A stretch of DNA of 63,763 bases, counting the filler, from Lama guanicoe (taxonomy: Eukaryota), in assembly GCA_013239625.1 (NCBI GenBank). It is 207 parts of 207 records of this genome, joined end to end, with 100 filler letters (N's around TTAATTAATTAA, not from the genome) between each part and the next. Parts side by side here need not be neighbours in the genome. Positions count along the whole stretch, not along the records: positions 11,705 to 11,912 come from PNXV01035031.1; positions 12,013 to 12,220 come from PNXV01035032.1; positions 12,321 to 12,528 come from PNXV01035033.1; positions 12,629 to 12,836 come from PNXV01035034.1; positions 12,937 to 13,144 come from PNXV01035035.1; positions 13,245 to 13,452 come from PNXV01035036.1; positions 13,553 to 13,760 come from PNXV01035037.1; positions 13,861 to 14,068 come from PNXV01035038.1; 199 more parts are not named here. One strand, written 5' to 3'. This document shows, piece after piece, positions 11,605 to 23,600 of the stretch. The stretch's first letter is position 1, and each line of letters opens with the position of its first letter. Under the pieces are notes generated by a model. That model searched no databases. It was not told where the DNA came from and worked only from the letters and a program-made list of their open reading frames with translations. The translations under genes were made by a program, and so were the position numbers.

Positions 11605-12936
11605 NNNNNNNNNNNNNNNNNNNNNNNNNNNNNNNNNNNNNNNNNNNNTTAATTAATTAANNNNNNNNNNNNNNNNNNNNNNNNNNNNNNNNNNNNNNNN
11701 NNNNATCACATTTGCAAATTGCATGGTCCTTTTTGCATACTTTATAGTCACTCAACAGGATTATACTCACTCAGCTGTTAAGAGCAGGCACTTTCTTCAC
11801 TTCTTCGGTAAGAAATCAAAACAACATGGTTTTGATGGCGCAGTACAAGTTAAAAGAACTTACAAGGCTGCAGAGGGCCCGAGACGGGTGGGCCACTCTC
11901 TCTTTGTAGGTGNNNNNNNNNNNNNNNNNNNNNNNNNNNNNNNNNNNNNNNNNNNNTTAATTAATTAANNNNNNNNNNNNNNNNNNNNNNNNNNNNNNNN
12001 NNNNNNNNNNNNTTGACTTACCGTTCTGTTTCTTCAATTCCTGATCTTCATGTTGATACTTCGTCATCGTGGTTTTATGCTTGGGTCACTCTTACGAGGT
12101 TGGTTTGACTCCAACACTTGTGATCGCATTTCTTATATGTGTAAAGTCATTGTCAGTGTCCAAATTCTGACACACTGATTGCACTGTATTGTTTCTTCTG
12201 TTAGTACCTCGCAGAGGACTNNNNNNNNNNNNNNNNNNNNNNNNNNNNNNNNNNNNNNNNNNNNTTAATTAATTAANNNNNNNNNNNNNNNNNNNNNNNN
12301 NNNNNNNNNNNNNNNNNNNNATTTATACTTTATACTGAGCAAGCATTTTCCTATCACTTTGCATGAACTATTCTAATCCTCATGAGTTTGACCGACAGCA
12401 AGCATCCCAGACTCTGCAGACGGATCAATTCGGTCACACAGAGGTCTTGCTAGAGGCCCCTAATGGCAGTGCAAGACTGAGAGTGGGACTTCAGGTGGCT
12501 GGCTTTGGGAGTTTTTGAGGAAATCAAGNNNNNNNNNNNNNNNNNNNNNNNNNNNNNNNNNNNNNNNNNNNNTTAATTAATTAANNNNNNNNNNNNNNNN
12601 NNNNNNNNNNNNNNNNNNNNNNNNNNNNGTGATGCTGTGTCCCCCTTCTCCCTCCTGCTGACCGTGGGTGGGTGGGTGGGTGTGCCCTCCCCCAGTTGTC
12701 TGTCTTGGCAGAGCGTGGCGATGGAACTGGGTTTAACCTTTGATCCTGCAAGACCGAGTTCCTTGTGGCATCGTGACTGTCGTCTCGGTGTTTTGTACAG
12801 TACCTGGGTTGTCGTTGATGTTTAGTACATGTTTTANNNNNNNNNNNNNNNNNNNNNNNNNNNNNNNNNNNNNNNNNNNNTTAATTAATTAANNNNNNNN
12901 NNNNNNNNNNNNNNNNNNNNNNNNNNNNNNNNNNNN

Positions 12937-13144
12937 CAACATGTATGTGGAATTTCCAAAGGAGGTTGGGGAACAAAGAAAAAAAATTTTTAGGAAAGAG
13001 AGGTTAAAGTTTTTCCAAATTTGGTGTAAACTATAAACTTATGAATTCAAGAAGCTCAATGATCTCTAAGCAGAAGAAAATGGAAGGAAGCTACACCAAG
13101 GCACATCATAATCAGATTGCTCAAAACAAGTGATTAAAAAAAAA
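12937..13144 (+). mobile_element. L1 ORF1 fragment
   Basis: TTTCCAAATTTG...ATTCAAGAAGCTCAA...ACACCAAGGCACATCATAATC (FPNL / IQEAQ / TPRHIII). Confidence 0.8.
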
Positions 13145-13244
13145 NNNNNNNNNNNNNNNNNNNNNNNNNNNNNNNNNNNNNNNNNNNNTTAATTAATTAA
13201 NNNNNNNNNNNNNNNNNNNNNNNNNNNNNNNNNNNNNNNNNNNN

Positions 13245-13452
13245 AATACACTGTGAATCCAACGGCTTCCACCTTCCACCTTCCCTGTCCCCTGCACCAT
13301 GATCCAAGCTGCTGTCATCTCTTGCTTCTTAACTGATCTCCAGCCCAGTTACAGTTTTGTCTTCACGCAGCAGCCGACGTGATCACCATGAGGACATAAC
13401 TCCGGTCATGCCATTCCCCGCTCAAAGCCTCCGGTGGTGGCCAAAGTCAGAA
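13245..13452 (+). mobile_element. L2 LINE 3' fragment
   Basis: ATCCAAGCTGCTGTCATCTCTTGC...CACGCAGCAGCC...GGTCATGCCATTCCCCGCTCAAAGCCTCC. Confidence 0.65.
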
Positions 13453-13889
13453 NNNNNNNNNNNNNNNNNNNNNNNNNNNNNNNNNNNNNNNNNNNNTTAA
13501 TTAATTAANNNNNNNNNNNNNNNNNNNNNNNNNNNNNNNNNNNNNNNNNNNNCGCCTGCTTTTGAGTTTTTCTTTCTATCTGGTTTTAAGCCATATGATC
13601 ACGGTACACCTAGATGGCATGTCTTCCAAGTTCTCCTTGCGGTCATTGAAATTTTGATGGTGCGCTTATAGTTTTAATCAACTTTTTAACGTATTGACCT
13701 TTTTTCCCCCATCCCATCCTCTGTCTCCTGTCTTCTGGGATTCTAATTATCCATGATAGANNNNNNNNNNNNNNNNNNNNNNNNNNNNNNNNNNNNNNNN
13801 NNNNTTAATTAATTAANNNNNNNNNNNNNNNNNNNNNNNNNNNNNNNNNNNNNNNNNNNNGTGTGGGGGTTGGGTGCTCAGGTTAAAGT

Positions 13890-14068
13890 AAAAGTAGGTA
13901 CACGCTCCACAGACAGAGTGCGGAGCAAGAGAGGCGGCCACGAGGTGCGGTGTTGCTGGTTTTTATGGGCTCAGCAGCTCCACATGCTAAGAAGTGGGAC
14001 GACCATTCCACCTACCCCGGGGAAGCGGCTGGGGCTCCCAGGAATCTGGCCACTGCCCACTCTTTGAC
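13890..14068. mobile_element. ERV1-type LTR fragment
   Basis: CACGCTCCACAGACAGAGTG...TTTTTATGGGCT...ATGCTAA...GGCCACTGCCCACTCTTTGAC resembles ERV1 LTRs from recall. Confidence 0.5.
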
Positions 14069-15092
14069 NNNNNNNNNNNNNNNNNNNNNNNNNNNNNNNN
14101 NNNNNNNNNNNNTTAATTAATTAANNNNNNNNNNNNNNNNNNNNNNNNNNNNNNNNNNNNNNNNNNNNTTTAAATGAGATGTTGTAAGGATTAAAGAAAT
14201 AATATATTTAAGTTTCTTGAACGTATGGGCAAAAAAACAGGGTTGTTAAGATTGACCAACATTCCTGAAGATTCTTGGTGCCCCACACCCGTGTTAACTA
14301 AGGATCGAGGGACACATCTGTCCTCATCCTCCTTGACTGCTCAGTTGCACCAAGCAGACATCCACTTCCTCCTTCCNNNNNNNNNNNNNNNNNNNNNNNN
14401 NNNNNNNNNNNNNNNNNNNNTTAATTAATTAANNNNNNNNNNNNNNNNNNNNNNNNNNNNNNNNNNNNNNNNNNNNAAAATTTGTCTATCCTTAGAATTG
14501 AGAAATTAACCTTAAAAAAGCAAAATTCTACTAGTGCTAGTTAGTGTTAAAGGATTTCATAGATGGAAATGTTGATTTAAAGTTATTTTTATTTATACTT
14601 GCCTCAGCTGATCTTTTCACAGATTTATGATGAAACTGTCTCCTATAGAAAATAATTTCCTTTTGTCAGAGGGCTAAATATTTANNNNNNNNNNNNNNNN
14701 NNNNNNNNNNNNNNNNNNNNNNNNNNNNTTAATTAATTAANNNNNNNNNNNNNNNNNNNNNNNNNNNNNNNNNNNNNNNNNNNNAAAAAAAAAACCTGCC
14801 TCAAGGTTGTTGGGGGGATTAAATGATGTAACATACAAAACAGTCCAAAAAGTTCATGTATTGTTATGTATCCTATGACTATCTTTTGCCACTAGTCTTT
14901 TATTCTGTTTGTATTTTTGTACTTTTAAACAAAATTTTACCTTTACCTTACCGTAATGTACAGTTTGTTTACAAATGGTATGAGTAAACGGTNNNNNNNN
15001 NNNNNNNNNNNNNNNNNNNNNNNNNNNNNNNNNNNNTTAATTAATTAANNNNNNNNNNNNNNNNNNNNNNNNNNNNNNNNNNNNNNNNNNNN

Positions 15093-15300
15093 CACCAGGG
15101 CAGACTTGGGGAGGGGGAGCTCGGCAAGGTCCGCGTAGAGGTCAGTCGCGGCTCCAGGTACCGGACTAGTCGGTGCGCTGCAAAAGTGCCCGTTCGTTTA
15201 CTGAAGACAGAAGAGGGAGCCTTGGGCTTCCTCGAGCCTCCAGTTGGTCGTCTTTTTCCGGTCCACTCATTTTAAATCTACCGAACTTCGTTCCTCTTGA
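15093..15300. promoter_or_regulatory. CpG-rich, promoter-like fragment
   Basis: CpG density is far above the bulk contigs. No gene identifiable. Confidence 0.4.
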
Positions 15301-17574
15301 NNNNNNNNNNNNNNNNNNNNNNNNNNNNNNNNNNNNNNNNNNNNTTAATTAATTAANNNNNNNNNNNNNNNNNNNNNNNNNNNNNNNNNNNNNNNNNNNN
15401 CAGCAAAGGGCTACAGGTTCCCAGAGCCCCGGACCACACAGGTGACTCAAGGCAGCCTCCCTGTGAGTCATGTGATCAATATCAACCTGCTTCCCTGCTC
15501 TTACCCCCAGCCTGCCCTGGCCCAACTCCATTCCTTTCCTGATCAAGCAGCGCCCACCACTGGCCCAGGCAGGGATGGCAAGAGAGCACAAATCCTCCAA
15601 ACCTGGAGNNNNNNNNNNNNNNNNNNNNNNNNNNNNNNNNNNNNNNNNNNNNTTAATTAATTAANNNNNNNNNNNNNNNNNNNNNNNNNNNNNNNNNNNN
15701 NNNNNNNNTTTTTAGATGTAATTCTTTAATTTACTAAGGAAATTTCAGAAAGTACTGCTTCTCTGAAACCTTGTTTTGAATAAATGTTTGATAAAACATA
15801 CAAGTATAGCAAATTTAGAATGTTTAGTAAATACTTTTTTCCCATTAAAATGTAATTTGAATTAATCTCAAGAATCTTTTTATCTGTTGCTTGGCCCATT
15901 GTATGAGCTTTTATATNNNNNNNNNNNNNNNNNNNNNNNNNNNNNNNNNNNNNNNNNNNNTTAATTAATTAANNNNNNNNNNNNNNNNNNNNNNNNNNNN
16001 NNNNNNNNNNNNNNNNCATCCTTGTAAACTAGAATGTGAGTTTGTATTGTCATTGTCATTATTACAGAGCTAGAAATGAAACGGCTGTTCCCTTCTGTCT
16101 GGAGCTTGGGTGAAGAGGAAGCCCTTCCAGACCACCCCCAGCCACACGGGACTCAGATACCCCTCAGCCTGTCTGGCATAAGATGCTAGATCCTCCAGCT
16201 ATTGGTCACTGCTTTACGTGTAGCNNNNNNNNNNNNNNNNNNNNNNNNNNNNNNNNNNNNNNNNNNNNTTAATTAATTAANNNNNNNNNNNNNNNNNNNN
16301 NNNNNNNNNNNNNNNNNNNNNNNNACTTGACTCCATGCTAAGTAAGAATGCTTTTCACTGTTTGGTCCACAGTTTTTGGTTGGGAGGAAGGAGCTGACTT
16401 GTCTGGAATGCACAGTACAAGCCAGCTCCATGTACGTTGCCTTTGACACCTGTAACAATCCTGCTAAGACAGGTTTTACCACACACCTTTTGCAGATGAG
16501 GAAACAGCTCCAAAGAGGTTTAGCAAAGTGCCNNNNNNNNNNNNNNNNNNNNNNNNNNNNNNNNNNNNNNNNNNNNTTAATTAATTAANNNNNNNNNNNN
16601 NNNNNNNNNNNNNNNNNNNNNNNNNNNNNNNNTACATAATCTAGAAGTTTTATGGTTTTAGGTTTTCAATTAGGCCAATATTAAGTTTTGCATGTGGTAC
16701 TGGTGTAGATCAAAGCTTGTGCACATACGTCTGCATGCATGTATCTGTCTGTCTGTCTATCCACATATGTCAAATTGATCCAGCATCATTATGAAAAAGT
16801 TTCCCTTTTGTCAATTATTAGAGTAACACTGACTTTGAAGNNNNNNNNNNNNNNNNNNNNNNNNNNNNNNNNNNNNNNNNNNNNTTAATTAATTAANNNN
16901 NNNNNNNNNNNNNNNNNNNNNNNNNNNNNNNNNNNNNNNNTCCTGCCACGTTCTGTTAGACAGAAGTGAGCCCCTGCGCCCAGCGTCCCAAGGAGGGGCC
17001 CACACGCGGCGTGAACGTTCAGAGGCCGCCCAGCCCGCACCACGGTCTAAGGCTGATTTAGCAACACACTGCAAAGGTCACCATTTCTTCTGCCCATTCT
17101 CCCTTTACCGAAAAGCAGTTTTTTCCCCAGAGCACATTCAGACTATTTNNNNNNNNNNNNNNNNNNNNNNNNNNNNNNNNNNNNNNNNNNNNTTAATTAA
17201 TTAANNNNNNNNNNNNNNNNNNNNNNNNNNNNNNNNNNNNNNNNNNNNGAAAGAAGCTGGGATGGATGTTGAACTATTTGTTGGCAATAATGTTCTTGAG
17301 GGGAAAGGAAATAAGGAGGAGGAGGGAGAGGCTTTCCCTTATGGGTTTCTGAGATTCCACAAAGAACACTTCTATCAAAGTGAGGTTCATATTAACCTCA
17401 TACCACTCAATGTCTGCTATCCCAGAAATACTTGCTTCCTTTGTGGCATTTCAGGTNNNNNNNNNNNNNNNNNNNNNNNNNNNNNNNNNNNNNNNNNNNN
17501 TTAATTAATTAANNNNNNNNNNNNNNNNNNNNNNNNNNNNNNNNNNNNNNNNNNNNCCTCAATTCTTTTCTTGA

Positions 17575-17750
17575 AATACTTGAGACCCATCGAGGTTCAG
17601 AATTCAGAAATGTTCAGATTTTAGAAAGACATTATGGTATATATAACATCTATTATATAACACCCCCCATGGGGTATGGGGGCACTCCACATGAATCTAA
17701 CACATCAATAATATTTCTGCAGGGAAATACATGACTACTCACACTCAAGG
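17575..17750. mobile_element. Tigger-derived MITE (MER46C-like)
   Basis: GAATTCAGAA..TTCAGATTTTAGAAAG...AACACCCCC..GGGGTATGGGGGCA...AATATTTCTGCAG. Confidence 0.75.
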
Positions 17751-18172
17751 GCAAAAAAAAAAAANNNNNNNNNNNNNNNNNNNNNNNNNNNNNNNNNNNN
17801 NNNNNNNNTTAATTAATTAANNNNNNNNNNNNNNNNNNNNNNNNNNNNNNNNNNNNNNNNNNNNCAAATTAGGAGATATTATTTTGCTGAAATAACTAAG
17901 TAAAAAGTACATCCAACGCCACACCAATGTATTTTGCGTCCTTAAACCTTAGAACAAGTACTGCCATTCCATGATTCTCCTACCCTGAGATAAAATGTAA
18001 CTCTGTGAAGTCTGCAGGGGAAGTAACTGAATGACTTTTCTGGAGTACATTAGTACCATCTCTGTCACACTTNNNNNNNNNNNNNNNNNNNNNNNNNNNN
18101 NNNNNNNNNNNNNNNNTTAATTAATTAANNNNNNNNNNNNNNNNNNNNNNNNNNNNNNNNNNNNNNNNNNNN

Positions 18173-18340
18173 TCCCAAAAGAAATCTACAAGACACCTCC
18201 TAGAACTAATAAGTGAGTTTAACTAATTCATGCCACACAAGGTCAAAACACAAAAATCAATTTCTACGTATTAATAACGAAGACACAGAAACTAAAATAA
18301 AAAGGTTATCATTTATAATTCCTCCCAAAATAAATAGACA
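18173..18340 (+). mobile_element. L1 ORF2 fragment
   Basis: CTCCTAGAACTAATAAGTGAGTTTA...ACAAGGTCAA..CACAAAAATCAAT (LLELISEF / KVN.QKS). Confidence 0.8.
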
Positions 18341-20636
18341 AGTATTACCTAAGTTAGAGAGTCTTTGTTAGCTTTAAATANNNNNNNNNNNNNNNNNNNN
18401 NNNNNNNNNNNNNNNNNNNNNNNNTTAATTAATTAANNNNNNNNNNNNNNNNNNNNNNNNNNNNNNNNNNNNNNNNNNNNACTCTTTGTAAAATATTGAA
18501 TGTGAAATATAGTCAAATGATAGAAAATGACTTAATTTATCTTCCTTTTGAAAGTGGTCACATTTCCAAAACATGGTAAGAAAAATGATCTCACCTTCTA
18601 CGAGGTGGTGGGAAGTAGATATCTAAGGAGGTACAGATAAAACAAAGTATAGCAAGTAATTGGGAAAAATGGAGTTTTTTATCATGAGNNNNNNNNNNNN
18701 NNNNNNNNNNNNNNNNNNNNNNNNNNNNNNNNTTAATTAATTAANNNNNNNNNNNNNNNNNNNNNNNNNNNNNNNNNNNNNNNNNNNNGCATTAAAAAGT
18801 GGAGGAAGCCTCTTTTGGGGGTGATGGATAGATGCTATACTTTCTTGAACGTGGTGGAAGATCACTATCCACTTGACAGAACTCATCAACTGTACACTTA
18901 CAACGTGAACGTTACTGTATGTAATACTTGCATAAAGGTGATTATAAATACTGACAAATCCTAGGCAACTAAAAATGATCATCTAAGGGAAGCACANNNN
19001 NNNNNNNNNNNNNNNNNNNNNNNNNNNNNNNNNNNNNNNNTTAATTAATTAANNNNNNNNNNNNNNNNNNNNNNNNNNNNNNNNNNNNNNNNNNNNAAAA
19101 ATCATGGCTTTCGTATATTGAAGTGCTACATGCTTCACATATTTTCATTTATTTAATCCTCATAGAAATCTTTCCAATTTTATAGTAGTACCCCTTTCGC
19201 ACATTACAAAACCAAAGCTCAGAGAAGTTACATTATTTACCAACTCTCATACAGGTGGAATAATTAACACTGGGATTTGAATCCAGACATATGCTATTAT
19301 TTTANNNNNNNNNNNNNNNNNNNNNNNNNNNNNNNNNNNNNNNNNNNNTTAATTAATTAANNNNNNNNNNNNNNNNNNNNNNNNNNNNNNNNNNNNNNNN
19401 NNNNCATTTGGAAACAGGTGTCCACTGGAACATTGTACTAATACATTCTCAGTATTGAATGTTCGACTTCAAAGCAATCATTCAGAATATGTGTAAAGTT
19501 GTCTAAACTTAAAAAACTTGTCCCATAATAATTTAAAGCAGCAGCTTCCCTTAAAGATGTCCCTATCACAACCCTGGGTGTGGTAAACTAGAATCATCAT
19601 GAAAATCACTTGNNNNNNNNNNNNNNNNNNNNNNNNNNNNNNNNNNNNNNNNNNNNTTAATTAATTAANNNNNNNNNNNNNNNNNNNNNNNNNNNNNNNN
19701 NNNNNNNNNNNNGTGGAAAGGTGGAAAGAAGTGGAAAGTCCACCATGGGATGTGTATGATGGTTCATAAAATACAATGTTATTATAAAACATTGTCATAG
19801 TACTAGTTCAAAGCATTCAAAATTTTTATTCATTTTTAAAATTTATGTATAGTAAAACTTAGGCTTTTTGGGGGGGGTGGAGCTAGCTTTTGGTTTCATT
19901 AATTTTCTCTAATTGTTTACNNNNNNNNNNNNNNNNNNNNNNNNNNNNNNNNNNNNNNNNNNNNTTAATTAATTAANNNNNNNNNNNNNNNNNNNNNNNN
20001 NNNNNNNNNNNNNNNNNNNNGGTAAATAAATAGTTTCTCTGAATACCACCTCTGAACCAATAGTGATTATGCTTCATATATGAACAGTTTGAAAAGTTAA
20101 AAAAAATTAATTAAAGCTATTTTATTAAGCCAATTAGGCAAAAGGAAATCGTTTTCATTTTAAAACTCTATTTTCCTTTAATTTTATTACTGCGCAGAAA
20201 TATAAATTTTTTTCAATCAAGAAAAACTNNNNNNNNNNNNNNNNNNNNNNNNNNNNNNNNNNNNNNNNNNNNTTAATTAATTAANNNNNNNNNNNNNNNN
20301 NNNNNNNNNNNNNNNNNNNNNNNNNNNNTACTTTGATATAAGTGGAAAATTGTGTCAGAACAGCATGGGAAATGAAGAACTCTGCATCTATCTGTACTCC
20401 TGAAATGTGTCTTAGAGCTGCTCAGGCTTGAGGAAAAGGATCTTGTCTGGAGACAATAGAATTATTTTCATTTTTGGAATTTTTGTAGCTTCCAGAAGTA
20501 CATCTGCAGGTGATTCTGTAAAAGTCTAGATTTGACNNNNNNNNNNNNNNNNNNNNNNNNNNNNNNNNNNNNNNNNNNNNTTAATTAATTAANNNNNNNN
20601 NNNNNNNNNNNNNNNNNNNNNNNNNNNNNNNNNNNN

Positions 20637-20844
20637 TGCATCTAAAATATAACACTTAGGAATAAACCTGACCAAGGAGGTGAAAGAATTTTACACTGAG
20701 AACTGTAAAACACTGATAGAGGAAATTAAAGATGATTTTAAAAAATGGAAGGATGTCCCATGCTCTCGGATTACATGAATTAATATTGTTAAAACGGCCA
20801 CACTACCCAAAGCAGTCTATAGATTTAATGTGATCCCTATCAAA
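20637..20844 (+). mobile_element. L1 ORF2 (end of RT domain) fragment
   Basis: LGINLTKEVKEFYTENCKTLIEEIKDDFKKWKDVPCS...LPKAVYRFNVIPIK. Confidence 0.95.
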
Positions 20845-21868
20845 NNNNNNNNNNNNNNNNNNNNNNNNNNNNNNNNNNNNNNNNNNNNTTAATTAATTAA
20901 NNNNNNNNNNNNNNNNNNNNNNNNNNNNNNNNNNNNNNNNNNNNTCTCTGTTCCTCAGTAAAACAGTAGCTGAGGTGGGAAAGGAAGAGATCCCTTTGAT
21001 GAGAGTGGAATGCTAAAGCTGTATGAAAAGATTTTCTTTTGTTTTTTTATATTCGAGTCAGTTGCCGGCAGTAGACTGCACAACTTTCCCTCTCCTTTTC
21101 AACAGCAACGCGTCTCCCAGAAATATCAGCCTCCCGCCTGGGCTCAAGGATGNNNNNNNNNNNNNNNNNNNNNNNNNNNNNNNNNNNNNNNNNNNNTTAA
21201 TTAATTAANNNNNNNNNNNNNNNNNNNNNNNNNNNNNNNNNNNNNNNNNNNNTGATTTCTTTTGACAGAGAAAACATGAGCCTATGAATCTAACCTCATC
21301 TATGATTATCTACAGCTGAGAGCAACCAGATCAGTGTCAGTCCCTTTGCAGCCATTGACTTGGAGCCTGTATGTTACCTGCAATGATATTGGAAACATGT
21401 CACACTAGCCATGCCTTCACTGTGGGCTGGGAGGTGAGTCAGTCAGAATCTGCATTATGGNNNNNNNNNNNNNNNNNNNNNNNNNNNNNNNNNNNNNNNN
21501 NNNNTTAATTAATTAANNNNNNNNNNNNNNNNNNNNNNNNNNNNNNNNNNNNNNNNNNNNAGTGATTTTATAATAATACTTCAGCTCCTATCTTCCCATC
21601 TACTGTGATGTTACAAATGTAGTTAAGGCTGTGGATGTGAAATAATTCATTGTACTTAGATTTCTGTCCGGGAAACCTTGAAATTAGAGAGCTGGAAGTG
21701 GCCTTGGAAGCGTTTTTCGTCTAGGTCCAGGTTCATTTTAAGCAACTGGCTATTCCTTTTACATACTGNNNNNNNNNNNNNNNNNNNNNNNNNNNNNNNN
21801 NNNNNNNNNNNNTTAATTAATTAANNNNNNNNNNNNNNNNNNNNNNNNNNNNNNNNNNNNNNNNNNNN

Positions 21869-22076
21869 CCAGGATCAAATAAGTGCACTGCAGAATTCTA
21901 CCATTTAAAAAAGATTAATTTCAAAAAAAAAACTTCAATCCAGAAAAAAATTCTGCATGGAAGATCCTGAAACAAAACCCACAGAAAGACCCAACAAGAA
22001 AGGGGAACTAAAAACCAATACTCCTCATGAATACTGATGCAAAATCCTTGACAAAGTACTAGCAAACCAACTTCAA
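21869..22076 (+). mobile_element. L1 ORF2 (start of RT domain) fragment
   Basis: AAACCAATACTCCTCATGAATACTGATGCAAAATCCTTGACAAAGTACTAGCAAACCAA resembles PISLMNIDAKILNKILANQ. Confidence 0.85.
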
Positions 22077-22643
22077 NNNNNNNNNNNNNNNNNNNNNNNN
22101 NNNNNNNNNNNNNNNNNNNNTTAATTAATTAANNNNNNNNNNNNNNNNNNNNNNNNNNNNNNNNNNNNNNNNNNNNTTGAGGATTTTGGCTAAGAAGTCA
22201 TAATTTAAATTTTAACTGGGTTATTGAGGTAAGAGTTATTGGTAAAGAAAAGGATTAAGAAAGAATGTATACGTGTAAGACAGCCAGCAGAGGAAGAAAA
22301 TTGTGTTGAAAAACACTTATAGAGATCAAACATATAAAAATAAGATTTATCCCAGAAAGCAAAATGGAATAAAGTGTACATTATNNNNNNNNNNNNNNNN
22401 NNNNNNNNNNNNNNNNNNNNNNNNNNNNTTAATTAATTAANNNNNNNNNNNNNNNNNNNNNNNNNNNNNNNNNNNNNNNNNNNNCAATAGATTAGGGTTT
22501 ATGGTTTAAGAATATTTGCTAGATACACCACAATGAAATCACAGAGATGCTTTCTTAATCTCTAAATATAGAAGAAAATATGTTAAGTGAAATTATATAT
22601 GCCATAGGAAAAGAGTGTGGTCAAGTAATTCCCAAGCGTGTAA

Positions 22644-22692
22644 GGGGGGAGGGTAGAGCACATGCTTAGCATGCACGAGGTCCTGGGTTCAA
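22644..22692 (+). mobile_element. tRNA-derived SINE head, camelid Vic-1-like, with A-box deletion
   Basis: GGGGGGAGGGTA^GAGCACATGCTTAGCATGCACGAGGTCCTGGGTTCAA: B-box GGTTCAA is present; the recalled consensus has TAGCTCA(A)GTGGTA at ^. Confidence 0.8.
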
Positions 22693-23439
22693 NNNNNNNN
22701 NNNNNNNNNNNNNNNNNNNNNNNNNNNNNNNNNNNNTTAATTAATTAANNNNNNNNNNNNNNNNNNNNNNNNNNNNNNNNNNNNNNNNNNNNTCCCCTCG
22801 CCCCTGGCACCACCATGTCTTGTGAATCTGGCCTCCCCAGACCCCATCTGTACATGTGGTCACGCAGCACTTGTCTCTCTGTGACTGGCTCATTTCGCTC
22901 CGCGTGACGTCTTTGGGGTTCAGCTATATCACGGCACGTTGCAGAATTCTGGTCCTTCCGAGGCTAATAATACTTTACTGTGTGCATTTTCCACATCGTG
23001 NNNNNNNNNNNNNNNNNNNNNNNNNNNNNNNNNNNNNNNNNNNNTTAATTAATTAANNNNNNNNNNNNNNNNNNNNNNNNNNNNNNNNNNNNNNNNNNNN
23101 TTCTGTAGAATTTTCAACATTCTGGGTTTGACTGAGTGTATCCTCCTGGCGCTGTTTTCGTTATGTTCCCCCCATCTCTTATTTTCTATAAGCTGATGGT
23201 TAGAAGCTTGATTAGATTCAGTATTTTTCGGTAAGAATGTTCCACAGGTGAAAAACATGGTAGCCAGCTATTTCACTTTTAGTTAACATTGCTCAGTGGG
23301 TTTAAGTGNNNNNNNNNNNNNNNNNNNNNNNNNNNNNNNNNNNNNNNNNNNNTTAATTAATTAANNNNNNNNNNNNNNNNNNNNNNNNNNNNNNNNNNNN
23401 NNNNNNNNGTCTAAAGGAGGGTGCGGCAGGGGGTTGGGC

Positions 23440-23600
23440 CGTCTGTGGGACTGAGCCGTTAACCTGGGGAATCTGATAGTATCATCCCTGGGTAGATAGT
23501 GTCAGAATCGAGTTGAATTGTGGGACACCCAGCTGGTGTCTGGAGCATTGCTTGGTGGTGTAGGAAACCCTTTTCCCACATTGGAATTGGGTGTAGAGCC
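23440..23600 (+). mobile_element. ERVL LTR (MER21-like) 3' fragment
   Basis: TGTGGGACTGAGCC.TTAACCTG.GGAATCTGA...GTAGATAGTGTCAGAAT.GAGTTGAATTGT.GGACACCCAGCTGGTGTC. Confidence 0.8.

Noticed and set aside
14610..14656. Possible terminal exon ttttcacag|IYDETVSYRK*
   Set aside because: Too short and not recognised; acceptor-like motifs occur often by chance.
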